A DNA stretch of 63,815 nucleotides, the filler included, from Vannella sp. (taxonomy: Eukaryota), in NCBI GenBank assembly GCA_023345925.1. It is 7 parts of 7 records of this genome, joined end to end, with 100 filler letters (N's around TTAATTAATTAA, not from the genome) between each part and the next. Parts side by side here need not be neighbours in the genome. Positions count along the whole stretch, not along the records: positions 4,525 to 13,983 come from JAJQQN010000779.1; positions 14,084 to 19,422 come from JAJQQN010000223.1; positions 19,523 to 34,707 come from JAJQQN010001042.1; 4 more parts are not named here. The stretch is one strand, 5' to 3'. The notes under the pieces were generated by a model, which was not told the DNA's origin, did not search any database, and saw only the letters and a list, made by a program, of their open reading frames with translations. Made by a program: the position numbers and the translations under genes. Below are positions 12,489-24,630 of the stretch, piece after piece (within the stretch, counting starts at the first letter, position 1; each line of letters starts with the position of its first letter).

Positions 12489-12812
12489 AACCAAATGGGC
12501 TGTCCCTCCTGTGCCAAAGCCAATGGATAACAGCGAGCCCATTTCCAATTGGCCCGGTTCTAATCTATTCTGAGTTGGCTCCCAGTGCACTGTCAGGTTG
12601 TCTTCAAGTTCCAAGTATCCCCAACCTGATTCCAAAATCTCCTCAAAGTGGCCGTGTTCCTCATCTTTCCAAAGGAGGCGCCTTTCCCCTCTTTTCGTCT
12701 AAACTTCCTTCCAGATTCTTGTCTCCTTTGCAGCAGAGAGGGAAACTCAGCATTGAGAGAGTTCAGGGCCCCACTAAACCAACGTCCGCCTGCAGGGCAA
12801 CAAAGTGGCAAA

Positions 12813-13623
12813 ATGAAATCAGCCCGGAAGTTGGAGGTTATAAGGACAATAATTAATGCATGCCCGTCGGAACCATTCATGAAGGAAGTACATTTCAACG
12901 GACCCAATAATGACATCATTATGGAAACAGGCTTCGCGACCAGCGGCATCAACGTTTTAAAGGATCTTGGGGATTTAGTGTTGATTCTTGATTGATGAGC
13001 AAAGAATTGAAGTTCTTTTCGCTTCCCACTCTTTGATGGCGTCCTCGACGTTCGACACGTGCTACTTTGTACTCTTCCACTCGCTGGATCCTGCAGTGAA
13101 CTACCAAATCGCAAAGTTCGGGGACACAAGGAAGGACTCGAAGAATGTGGGTAACTACCGCAGGCACGTGGAGCTCAAGGTGACGCTCCATGGTAATATG
13201 AAGAGCGTATCCAGCCCCGGGAAGTTGTTGGAGGAGCATGTTCTTCGGCAACTGGCACTGAAAGGGATGGCAGTGAAGATTGGGGAAACGGAGGAGTACT
13301 TGGTGACCCCTGCGATTGCGGACGTTTTGACCACCAAACTCAACACGCTGATGAAGCCACCGGGGAAGCTCACCAGAGACAAGATCGATACAATCCTCGG
13401 TACCAGATTCAACAGAAAGGCAGATCGGCTGGTGAACACAGAGCAGCTCCACATCAAAGTCCCCGACTCGAGCTCTTTACTCTACGCTATTGACGGCGAC
13501 CGCATCGCTAAGAATCGACATGGAGGCTTTCTCATCGCACCGCCACCTCAACACGATCTTGAAGAGACAGCGGAACTTGAGTTAGAGGCGGTTTCCAAAC
13601 TGGCTCAACTCAAACTCAAATAA
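12813..13623 (+). CDS. Putative GIY-YIG/T5orf172-like nuclease-domain protein, interrupted by a frameshift or atypical intron
   Basis: CYFVLF...IAKFGDT...KLLEEHVL...ETEEY parallels the T5orf172/MUG113 pattern (YxI...KIGxT...LE..H...TEWF). Frame break at TGATTGAT, 12989-12996. Confidence 0.4.
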
Positions 13624-13647
13624 CCCTAAACCTAAACCCTAAACCCC
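13621..13647. repeat. Short interstitial telomere-like repeat (CCCTAAA/TTTAGGG type)
   Basis: taaccctaaacctaaaccctaaacccc, starting at the ORF stop codon. Confidence 0.6.
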
Positions 13648-13983
13648 ACACCCTTTCCCATCTCCCACTAGTCTCCAGACCCACTTACACCTATTGACAA
13701 GAGTTTCCAGGTTCCCTGCAAGGAGGAACAGTGTTTTTGGATGAAAGAGAGTGCGTCTTTGTGAGGGAGCTTTACAGGAAGCGAGCACTCTTGTTTCTTG
13801 TGCGGGCTGAATGAGGGAGAGCTGGTTCGAGAGGAGAAGACAAAGGAGAGAATTGGTAATTCGCGTGATTGAGTCCGAGCTGTCTAAAGTTGTTGGATCC
13901 GAAGACTAAAAGTCCACTTGCACCGGCTGCGGGCCATTCCAGGGGACCTGCGCTGGTTTCTTTTGGATCTTCTTATGTCCAAG

Positions 13984-14083
13984 NNNNNNNNNNNNNNNNN
14001 NNNNNNNNNNNNNNNNNNNNNNNNNNNTTAATTAATTAANNNNNNNNNNNNNNNNNNNNNNNNNNNNNNNNNNNNNNNNNNNN
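13984..14083. other. Artificial contig linker
   Basis: N44-TTAATTAATTAA-N44. Confidence 0.99.
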
Positions 14084-14096
14084 TGCTCTCACAAAG

Positions 14097-14683
14097 GTGT
14101 ATGGACAGTACATACCAACATCCCGCCTCGTGAGTGGCGCATATGCGGAGAAGTACTCCAAACAAGACGAGTTCCAGGACGTGATTGATCGCGTCAAGCG
14201 GTTCACCGTCAAGGCGGGCAGGAACCCGCGTATTCTGATTGCCAAGGTGGGACAGGATGGTCATGATCGCGGTCAGAAGGTTGTGGCGACTGGATTCGCT
14301 GATCTGGGCTTCGGTAAGAGTCCTTCCTTGGGCGAAGGATGTGAGAGTAACTTGGCGTAGACGTGGATATCGGCGCCTTGTTCCAGACTCCTGGAGAGGT
14401 GGCTAAGCAAGCTATTGACTCTGATGTCCACGTTGTGGGGATCAGCTCGCAAGCAGCTGGACACAAGTCTTTGGTGCCCCAGCTGGTGGCCGAGTTGGCA
14501 GCGCGCGGCTGCACGGACATGACCATTGTCTGCGGTGGTGTCATTCCTCACCAAGACTATCAGTTCCTCTTCGACCACGGCGTGGCTGCGGTATTCGGTC
14601 CTGGAACGAAGATTACGGACGCGGCCAACTCCGTCCTGGACTCAGTTGAGAAGACCATTGGCATGGCCAATACCAAAGAGTAG
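14097..14683 (+). CDS. MMUT: Methylmalonyl-CoA mutase, C-terminal B12-binding domain (5' partial)
   Basis: [57 protein letters not shown]. Intron 14314-14360. Confidence 0.95.
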
Positions 14684-14804
14684 TTTCCCCTCCTTCCCAT
14701 CTGTCTGTTTGCCTCTGAGCTGCTGTAAACAGCGTTTAATACTGAAAGCTTTGACTCCCTCTCGGATAGTACTCGGTTAGGCCATCAGAAGGGCCTCTAG
14801 AGGC

Positions 14805-16210
14805 TCACTCTTTGATAGCAGAGGTGTTGCGGGAGCCCAGGAGAGCGCGCAGAGCCAGGGCTTGTCGGATGAACCAAAAAGCCAAAGAAGTGTACAAACG
14901 GCGGTACCAAGCGTCGCGCACACGAACTCGGGTGTTTTTGACTCCTGAAAGGCTAGTCCAACGAAGCATCAGTGAGGCATGTAGCCATTTGGTCGATTCC
15001 GCACTGGCAATGAGAACAATGTCACCTTCCGCCAGCGTGTTCTCCTCCGCAATGTCTGCCAGGCACAGCAGCACGGAGGCGTTGGCCGTATTACCGTAGC
15101 GGTGGAAGTTGTGGAACATGCGCTCCTTGGGAACACCAAACTTCGTGGCCAACTGCGGGATTTGGCCGTTCGCTTGATGAGGCACGAACAAGGCAATGTC
15201 AGACAAGCCCAGGCCCGTGGCCTGAAGAGCTTCGTTCATGGCCGTTGTATAAAGGATAGGGCCGTGTTCAAGCACAGCTTTGTAGTCGTGCTTGAAGAAT
15301 CCAAGCCCCTTTTGGACGTTTTCTGGTGTGCCAGGATACAGGGAGCCTCCTAATGGGAGCCACATGCCCGGTTTCTTACCAGGACCGATAGAAGAGAAGT
15401 TGTAGTGAAGAATCTCAGCTCCGTGTGGCTCCTCATCAGCCTATCCTGACCGCTATCAGAGAAAGCCCCAACCGACACTCTCAACCCTTACTGTGAATCC
15501 GCGGAGAATGACGGCGGCAGCTCCATCTCCGATCATCATAGCATTAACAAAGTCTTCTCGTGTGTACGTGGGTGTGTCCTTGTCGAGATTGCCAAAGGTT
15601 GAACCCACATCACATCCAACAACCGCTACCGTTCGGAAGTGGCCTGTCTGAAGGTACTGAATGGCCGTAGCTATAGCGGTAAGAGATCCACAGCAGGCAG
15701 ATCTACTTGTAATCAGGCCAGAGAGAACGGGGGATCGTCAGGAGAGGAACCCACCTGAGGTCCATCACACTGCACTCAGGAATCTCGAGTCTCTCTTGAA
15801 CAATAGGACTCGTCCCAGGGACCGGATAGTCAGGAGTAGCTGTAGATACGATAATGAGATCTAGAGCGGGCTACAATGAGAGGACAGCGAGATTCGACAA
15901 AGGGAACCTCACCAATGTCAGATAAGTCGTATCCAGAGTTCTCAACAGCCTTCCGAATAGCATTAGCGCACAGAGATGAGTTTTCTGCACCTGGTGGCGT
16001 AGTAAAGGAGGGAAAGTTGCTCTTATCCCGAGCGATATGGCGCGTTTGAATGCCTAAACGCTCTTCTGTCCACTTGAGGGCTTTCTCCTTCGTCCAGACG
16101 TCGTCTGTCAAGTTAGCAGCGTCCAGAAGCTCTGCATTCGTCACAGGCTCTCCTGGCAAGTCCTTCCCAACCCCAACAAGCCGCACTTCCCTCAAAGCCC
16201 CTCTCAACAT
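14805..16210 (-). CDS. FabH/KAS III-like 3-oxoacyl-ACP synthase, three introns
   Basis: Spliced protein has IVSTATPDYPVPG, MDLR|SACCG (catalytic Cys), IGDGAAAV, FVPHQAN (His) and YGNTANAS (Asn). Confidence 0.88.
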
Positions 16211-16281
16211 GGCGACGATAAAAAGTGGAACAAAACGAAGGGCAGCGGCCCTGCTGTATGGTGTCTTTGCTGTACATGACC

Positions 16282-18366
16282 TTACTTAGCTTGCTGCTGC
16301 TTAAAGAACTCCACCAGGTACTTGTAGCGCTCCACGCACTCCTCTTTGGTTCGACCGGGTAGTTCGTTGGCGATCTTGGCCCAGCGATCGCCCTCCTTGG
16401 CTCCAAACTTCTTCATGGCTGCTTATAGTAGCTTCTGCTCGTCAGGGGACCAGTCAGGAGTGGCAGGCTTGGCTGCGAGAGCGTTGGGAGCGATGATGGT
16501 CGGTTCAATGTTGACGGGGCGCTTCAGCTCCTTCTTGGTGTCTTTAAAGCGACTGAAAGCGTCTTGCTTAGTGATGACTTGCTCTACAAAGGGCCGTCAG
16601 TCCTGAGAACGGGAAGGGGCGGATGTATTAGTGACCTTTTGCCGTCTCTGACTTGGACAAGTTCGTCTGTGCGATGACTTCTTTGACAGAACGAGTGCCA
16701 AGCATCTCGGACACCTTCTCGTATCGTTCACGAGTGCCAACGGGGTACTTGGCCAGTCCTTTTGTGAGTGTTGTGATCTCTTCGGGTGTCCAAGGCTTCG
16801 AAGGAGCAGAATCCTGTTCTTTGTCGGGCTCTTGTTCCTTTTCAGCCTTCTTTGACTCCTCTGCGACCACCTGGCGCTCGATCGGAGCGGTAAAATACTG
16901 ATCAGCCTCCGTGATCACGCCAAAGGAGATCAACTAAACAGAGATCAGACCTCCGATCAGCAGTGTGGCAGGAGGATCTTACCAGATCTCTGAAGACGTG
17001 AGGAGCGTTCTCGTTCTTGGTGAAGGCGCGAAGAAGCGCGTTCATCTGGGGCAAGTCCAGCTTGCCGCAGAGGTACTCAACGTGTTCGTCTTGAGGACAG
17101 AAGGGGTTCTTAGCAGGAGACTCGTCGTGGGCATCACGTGCTGTTCGGCAAGCCTTTCGCAACAAAGGGCGCTTCTTGCGGAGATTCTTATTCTGTGCAG
17201 CGATGTTCTTGGCAGAGTCAAGCTTCTACGGAAGGCAGAAGAAAGGAGGATGAGTGTAGTTCTCACAAAGGAGGATGAACGTACCTGCTGTTCAGCTTCC
17301 CGGATGGCAGCTTCCTTCTTCTCCTGCTCCTCGCGGATCTCACGCTCGGCCTCGTCCTTTCGTGCCTGTTTGGCAGCCTTTCGCTGCTCCTTCTTGCGGG
17401 TCTTCTCCTCCTCTTCCTCTTTGCGCATGCGGATGATACGGGGATCGTACTTCTCTGCGATCACAACCAATCCAACCAGGCGAGAGTACTCTTCCTTCTT
17501 CAGCTTCTTTGTGATCTTTCTGTTCTCACGTTCCATCCAGCGTTTCTCATCGCGAGAGTCTGCGTTGTCAACGTCCTTGCCTTCCTCTCCAGCGTCAAAC
17601 TCGCGCCACGACTTGAAGTTGTGCCAGAACTCGTAGAAAGCGAGGACCTCTTCGTTGGAGGAGGTTGCTGTCCCCAAGGAGGGCACGTTAGGCTCAATGG
17701 ACCATCGGCTATTCAACTCAAAAACGGGACCGAACGTTTTGAAGAAGTCCCCAGAGGCAGCTTGGCTCTCTGAGGGAACGTGATCGTCAAAGTCGTCCTT
17801 GGAGTCGTACGCTCGACGTCTCTCGATGTTGCTTAAGCACTCAAAGCCGGCTTTGATAGCTTTGAAGACTTCCTCATCAACCTCGGTGGAGGCTTGGGCC
17901 TGCTTGTCAGGGTGATGATCTAAGATAGCCTGGCGATCTAAGAAGAGCGCTCGAGGGTTAGATCATCGCCAAAGAGAAGGAAAGCGGCAAGACTCACAAG
18001 CCTTTCTGATCTGTTTGTCGTTTGCTTTCCAGCGAAGGTGTCCGAGGCCTAGGAGCTCGTAGTAGTCTCGCTCGCCATCAAGGAAGGTTTGTACTCGCTG
18101 ACGAACAGGTGCGGCAGCAGGTGCCTTGGCAGTCTCTTGTTGGTGTTTCTTGACATCGAAGATACCTTGTGAGCGGAGAGTGACCATTTCTAAGTGCGCA
18201 GCACCAGCATGTTCAACATTCCTGTAGTAGGGGTAGCCTGATCAGCCCCTCCATTGAGTACTTCCAAGCAAACTCCTGTTCTTGACGTACCACCGAGAGG
18301 CAACACGCAGCCTTCCTGATCTGGAGTCCAATCGGCACCAGGGGCAGTGAGCAAGAGCTGATCCAT
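16282..18366 (-). CDS. DNAJC2: Zuotin/MPP11 ribosome-associated J-protein with SANT domains
   Basis: DYYELLGLGHLRW, HHPDK, FGPVFELNSRWS, FYEFWHNFKSWREF, RDEKRWMEREN and two SANT repeats (WTPEEI, WSPDEQ); multiple introns. Confidence 0.93.
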
Positions 18367-18576
18367 AGCGATGAAAAGAAGTGAAGGAGGTGATCAAGAG
18401 GGGACCTCGTCTTGTATCACGACTCCGCCAATCAGCATCCAGCATTCAGTCATCGGCTGAAACTCTTTTCATCCTTTGCAACAGAAATGCTAAAATATGG
18501 AAGACTTGGAATTTTATAGAAATGAGGTGGTAGCCTCTCGTTTTGTATGGTCATTTCTTTTCGCTCTCTGGCCGCG

Positions 18577-18953
18577 ATGTTCTCTCTCGTATCAAGCGCC
18601 CGTGTGGTTCCTCGTGCTCTTCGCCAAGCGAACCGTCCCTACTCACTGAACGCCCATTCTGAGGTGAAAAATGATGCTTGTAAGTTGGCAGGGAATGGTT
18701 TCCAGAGTTGCTGTTGCCAACCCCTTTCCTTTTGATTTATGGCGATGCTAATGGCCTGATAGCTGTCCAATCATGGGTCTATGTTACCTTGGGCTTCACA
18801 GTTGCTGTGGTTGGTGTTTATGCTTACAACCTCTTTGCTTTCACACCTGATGAGTCCAAAGTTACCCGCAAAATGAGCTTCTCTGGCATCAAGCGCAAGC
18901 CTTTCCCCTGGAAGAACGCCCCTCACAAGAACTTGTTCGATCTCTCTGAATAA
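18577..18953 (+). CDS. COX6A: Cytochrome c oxidase subunit 6A-like
   Basis: Presequence, intron 18680-18762, one TM helix and the IKRKPFPW...NLF C-terminal signature. Confidence 0.75.
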
Positions 18954-19422
18954 GAGGTCCGTTCACCGCTCTCCCTCATCATCTGACTCCTCTTCACCTT
19001 TGCGCCAACCTGCCACACAGACGCAATAAAGGGCTCCAACGGATCCTCTCTCCATGAGAGTGCACTTCTCTTCAATTGGGAGTGGTTCAAATCGAGGCCT
19101 AAACACAGGTTGGATCGATTCGTTTATGGGACTTACTTCATCAGTTCCTGCTCGTCTAGCACTCGGCGTGACTCTGCAGAATGGGACCTCTGAGTTACTC
19201 ACAAGTGAGCCCACGTTCTGATGGCAGATTAAAGTCACCTTGCGGCTCACAGCCGTTCGGGAGTCAGCTGGACCCACACTGTCGGCTTCTCTTCTTCGCT
19301 TGTGAGGAATCCGTCCCCTTAGAAGCGAGGGCGCTCCAAGCTCGTCCAACCATTCATTGTCCTGACAGACTCTGGTTCTCTAATCCTTTCCTTCCTTGCC
19401 TTCTTCCACCAACCGGACTAGT

Positions 19423-19522
19423 NNNNNNNNNNNNNNNNNNNNNNNNNNNNNNNNNNNNNNNNNNNNTTAATTAATTAANNNNNNNNNNNNNNNNNNNNNN
19501 NNNNNNNNNNNNNNNNNNNNNN
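19423..19522. other. Artificial contig linker
   Basis: N44-TTAATTAATTAA-N44. Confidence 0.99.
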
Positions 19523-19928
19523 CCAGGGAACCCATTTTGGTGTTTTTTGGACATCGTCTTTCTCATCAAAATAAATGCCGTTGTCTGAATCATTTTAGCG
19601 ACTGATTAAGCTAAAATTAAGTGTATGCGCATATTATTTCCAACGTTTGCAATCAAAGGGTCACTTTTGTCCAGTGCAAGGAGCATTTTTTCCAAGAACA
19701 GCTCATTCACTTGCTTTATAGAATCGAAGCGATTGAAAGTGTGTAAATTACAACACAATCATTATGCGAATCATATTTTGGGTTAACAGATCACAGATAA
19801 TGCCTTTAAACACCTCTTTGAGGCAGAAAGTGTTTTGGACTTTCAGTTTTGGTTTATAATCTTCAGAGTGATGCCTTTTCAGCGCCTGATAAAGAAGATT
19901 GTATTATTATGATATGTTATAAAGCGTT

Positions 19929-20228
19929 TTGAATGTCTTTAAGAAGCATCCGACGCTTCAGGAGGCAATGAGGGACTTGCTCCCTCTCACTGATGGTTGG
20001 ATGAAGACGGTGTCGCTGAGCGGTTCTGACATGATCCAACGCCTAGAAACAGTCAGAATGATAGATTCAATCGCAGAGAGAAGCGATCGGAGCCCTACCG
20101 AAGTGCCCTTCCGAATCGCCCAACCGCCAACGGTCCCCAAAAAGGCCCCTTCGTCCCAAAAAAAAGGGCACCTTCAACAGCTAAGTCCCAGCACTTTGGT
20201 TGAAGGCAAACGGTTATCTGATTCCTGA
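19929..20228 (+). CDS. Probable last exon of a 5'-truncated hypothetical gene
   Basis: 99-aa open frame preceded by AT-rich intron-like segments up to the contig edge; no family recognised. Confidence 0.3.
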   Translation: MNVFKKHPTLQEAMRDLLPLTDGWMKTVSLSGSDMIQRLETVRMIDSIAERSDRSPTEVPFRIAQPPTVPKKAPSSQKKGHLQQLSPSTLVEGKRLSDS

Positions 20229-20266
20229 CCTCCGTCATCCAACAGAGATGTTTATCGTAGCATGGA

Positions 20267-21802
20267 CTAAGGAAATGGCGATACCAGTCCCACGACGATT
20301 GTAGTAGTCCCAACAATGGCTATCAGAGCTCCGAGGGTGATCACAGCAATGGTACTTCCTCGGTTAGTAAAGGAGGTGGATCTCTGTTTTGAACCTTGTG
20401 AGAAATAAACTTTCATCGCTTTTGACTTACCTTGAACTGCATGAGGGATGGGAAAATAAAAACGATAGAGGACCCTGCCAAGGATCCGATAAGGCCGAAA
20501 ACAACACTAATTGAAGGAATGATCACGCTGACGATCCAGCAAAGTATTCCTGCAACAACAGTTTCAATGACAAAACGCAGATGACTAGGTTTGGTTATGT
20601 CCCTTTCGGGAGGGACTCCCAAAGGGACTTCACCGCAAACGGCTTGAAACCCAATGTTGAACAAGAGGAAGTCAACTGCTTCTCGGAAAGCGTAATTCAT
20701 GAGTGGATAAGAGAATGTCACTGTAAATGTCACACACAAACGAGCTGCATTTGCAACCCAATCATCCTGTGCGAAATTCTTCAAAATGTTGTCTTGTGTG
20801 TTGTTCTGGAAGAGGATGTAACCACAGATCCCGTTCATCAGGTAGAGTACTAAACAGAACCCATAGGTCATTGCAATGACATAACGGAATCGCTCTGTCG
20901 AATGCTTCTGTAACTCGTTATAAATGGGAGCTGCCTGTGCGTGGCATGTGAGAGCAAACGTTATAACTGGGATGGCCTGGAAAACTTCCCACGAAATATT
21001 CACCCAACGGAGTCCTCCGGGATCTGGTAAGGTTCCTTGAACTAAAGCGACTACCATCTTTCCTGCCACTAAGACGACCACAAGGCTTATGCAGACCAGA
21101 GAGATGAGCGAGGTGATCCTCAAATTATCAATATTCTTCAAACTTGAAATAGGAAGGATTATCTAGGCCACAAGCTGACATTAGTTCATCCCAATTCTGT
21201 CGAATAGCGAATCTGGCTTTCACTCACCAGAATCACAAAAAGAAGGGTGATGAAGCCCCTACTAGTGAGCAGATGGTCACCAAACAGCTGCATGGCGATG
21301 GGTTCTGTCATGTCTCCAATAATAATCACAAAACCGACCATGGCTCCCAGGCAGTTTCCCAAAAGACACAGAATTACGATGATGGAGGCTTTCCTTCCAA
21401 GAAGGTGCTTGACAATCCTCTCATAAGATCCTGCCAAAGATTCTTCACTGTATAAAGAGGCCCTCCCGATCCACTCGAGCGTGAAAGAACAAACGAACAC
21501 TTGGAAAACAGTGATGAGCAGCCCAAGCAGTAGTCCAGTCTGATAGAAGGCATATGGGAATGCTAAAACACCGGCTGGGAACGTGTGAGTATCCGTTGAA
21601 CCACTTAGACAAAGAGGAGAGCGAACAGACCCCCAATGGCAGAGTTGGCCAGATTAAACCCCGAGGATAACACTGAAGCCTTCCCTCCCGCCGCTTTTGC
21701 GTCAGTAGAAAGGATTTCCTCCTTTCCTTCTATCGAATAGGCATCGCTATGACCCAGATAAGGAACCAAGGGAGGATCCTCGTTGGCAGGGGGCGGGTTC
21801 AT
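20267..21802 (-). CDS. Amino acid transporter (AAAP/SLC38/AVT family), spliced
   Basis: SSGFNLANSAIG|AGVLAFPYAF, IIIGD, AIPVITFALTCH...PIYNEL, FSYPL, FGLIGS..FIFP. Confidence 0.9.
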
Positions 21803-21858
21803 GCTCAGAGGAGCGGAGGAACCCAAAATAAAGGCTAAACTAAGGTGAAATGGCCCTT

Positions 21859-24455
21859 TTAATATGACTCTGACATAATATTGAGAATTAGAGCTGTCCA
21901 GCCGGTGAAAGGATGAGAATGAGTGCCCAAACCGGACTCTTCGTGATATTGCTCCCAAAAGTAGCCGGTCGATTGGTATTGGCCCACCACGTTGCGGATG
22001 AGGTTCCCACGCAAGAGATAGTAAAGCTGGCGAGATTCAGCTTCGTGAGAGCCTCCAAAGTAATGCAAGCGAAGACCAGAAAGCAACAAATAGTTGAGAT
22101 TCATCCAAATGGGACCCCGCCAATAGTTTTCTCCCTTTTGATACATCTCGTCAGACTTGGACAGAGAACGCAGTCCAGAGCGAGTCCATAGTTGGAGGGG
22201 ATCTCGAATGACTTGATAAATAAGGGGAATCCGGGCCGAGTCAGCAGGAAGTAGTCCCAACATTAAAGGGAACAAATTGACATAACCCACGTGTGGCGAG
22301 AATGCCAGAGGGAAAGAACTCACGTTACTGATGTCACTATATAAGCCCCTTTTGCTATCCCAATGACTTTCAAGCCCTTGGGTAAAGAGGGCTGTTTGGG
22401 TGTTGAAAGGTGCCGGATCTTCCCCGATGGTGTGGGCTATCTTGGCTAATGTGCGACTGGAGAGAATCATCCAGCATAGTAGATCCAAATGAGCTTCCTG
22501 CTCAGAAGGGATGTTTCCTCGTGGATAATCGTCCAAGCCAGAAGAAAGTAAATGATCTTTTGTGCGACCTCTCCAACGAAGGAGACCAGGGCGAGGACCC
22601 TCTTGAGTCTCAAGGAACCATTGGTGCCAACGAACCAGTCTCGGAAAAGCAGACTTGAAAAATCTAGCAAGGAGACGAAGTTGGGGATCCTGTTCTATCA
22701 ATTCCTGAATTTGGAGATCTTCTCTAATGGACGCTCCATCCTGGAATGTTACTTGCGAAGCCAGCTTATCAACCTTTTTCTGGTAACGGCGGAGGAGCTT
22801 ATCAATGGCCAAGAAGAAAGTGGGTGGATTTGCATGATCTGGATGTTGAGCGCGATACTCCTCAGGTACTCGACCTCTGGCTTCCGCTCCAAGAATCTGC
22901 TCGCGGGGAATCCACCCGCTTTCCTGCATTAGATTGATCCAGCCAGTGAGAACATCCACAGTCAACTGGGGTTGCCATTCGGATAATAGCAGCTGATGGA
23001 ATCCTTCATCCCACAAGAACCCACGAGGGAAGAATGGTCGGGATGGGCACGCAGAGAATAAAGCTTGGGGCGACCGACCCAGTGGGGGCTGGTCTGGGCC
23101 TTGGTATATGAGCCAATCACCAAACCAGTAGCCCATTCCTCCCATCATATTACTGAAAGCAGCTCGAGCAACAGGTTCCATACTGTTATCGACACCCTGA
23201 GCCTCTTGTAAATGGAACACTCTTTCAAAATCGTTGTCAAAACTGGCGACAAAAGGTGAGAGCAAGGTCAAATCGATCATGAGAAGGTGAACCTACTTAG
23301 CAGCGCTTTCTCGAATCTTCTCAGTCAGCTGAGACCCACTTAATGACGCAAAGTAGGACTTGGCTCGTTGGGGAGTCATATCCTTTGATCCAGAAAGGCT
23401 TTCATGTTGCAAAAAAGCAGCGTCGATCTTTAAAAATAAGTTATTAACTTTGTTCCATTTGGAAGGAAGTCACTCACAGTTACTGGAAGTAGGGAGACTC
23501 GTTGAAAGATAAAGACATTGCTATTTTTCTCGGCTGTGTTTGGAAGGGATGCAACGAAGTCCTCAGGCAGCTGGCCATTCTCTCTATGAAGGCCTGCGCG
23601 TTGGCTTTTCTGCAGAGCCTTCTCCACAGCTCCGTGAATATCCCAGCTGTCTGCATCACTTTTGCTTAATCCCAAAAAAGAGGTTCTTCTCAAAGAAGCC
23701 ACTTTGGGAGCTCCCAAAGATGACGGGAAAGTCTCTTTTCCATCCGTAGACAATAAGAACGTGAATTCCTCTACTTCTGGACACCATCCAGTGATAATCA
23801 CGTCATCGAGTCCCTGTTAAGTAAAAACGACGAGCCAAAAGAGGTGAGAATGTTGCTATCAGAAAGCAAGCGCCGCATAGAACTCGAACTCACCTTCTTT
23901 TTCGACTTGATAGGCGCCACTCGACAGGCAGAGGGTAGAATAATGTAATACATGGCACTGAAGAGCTCTGTAGGGGTCTGCAGAGGTCGTACTCGAAGGC
24001 GCGTTGCCCAACTGCCCCCGCTGGAGTGACGAGGAGCCTCTTTGACGAAAGAGGCCACCATATTCGCATTCAAGAGCTCATCGATAGCCTCGTGTTGACC
24101 AAAGTCACGCCCGTTGTGGCGGGTCCAGCCATAGCGCCGAAGTGAGTCCTCATGACGGCAAGTATGGCGCAGCCAAGCGCCCTTCCCAGAGGACCACATG
24201 ATCCCTGTAGAAATGGGCACTTCTGAGCGAGTCTTCATGCCAAAGTAAATGCCAGGGCGATAGGAACCCCAAAACATCTCCTTCTGGTAGTCCTCTTCCC
24301 CCCTTCGCATCAGCCTTTCCACTCTTGAGATCCCAAGAGAGCGGCCCACCTTCCGTGACAATCTCGGCCAAAGGCGTGCCCAAACCTCGAGTGCAAAGTA
24401 CCAACAAAACGAACAAAAGCGAGACGAACAAGGCTCCTCCACTCCCCTTTGCCAT
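21859..24455 (-). CDS. MOGS: Mannosyl-oligosaccharide glucosidase I (GH63), spliced
   Basis: MFWGSYRPGIYFGMKTR, PSRPFFPRGFLWDEGFH, WIPREQILG, SGLDDYPR, YWRGPIWMN, FTGWTAL. Confidence 0.95.
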
Positions 24456-24630
24456 CACCAGCCGAAAGAAAACTAAACCCTAACTAAACTCTCCCAAGCA
24501 ACCCTAACCGAAGCAGATTAAAAGAGAAATTCAACTTTCGACTGTAGAGCTATTTTCCTGGTGGGAAAGTAGTAAAGGGAAAAGCCGACAATTTCTTTGG
24601 AACATTCTTTGCTGAGTTCCTTTGGCTCGC

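Noticed and set aside
14097..16210. Metabolic cluster of methylmalonyl-CoA mutase and FabH
   Set aside because: Convergent neighbours only; the mutase is normally mitochondrial and nothing supports co-regulation.
18963..19422. Possible spliced minus-strand gene end at the contig edge
   Set aside because: Donor-like sites are present, but I could not build a recognisable protein.
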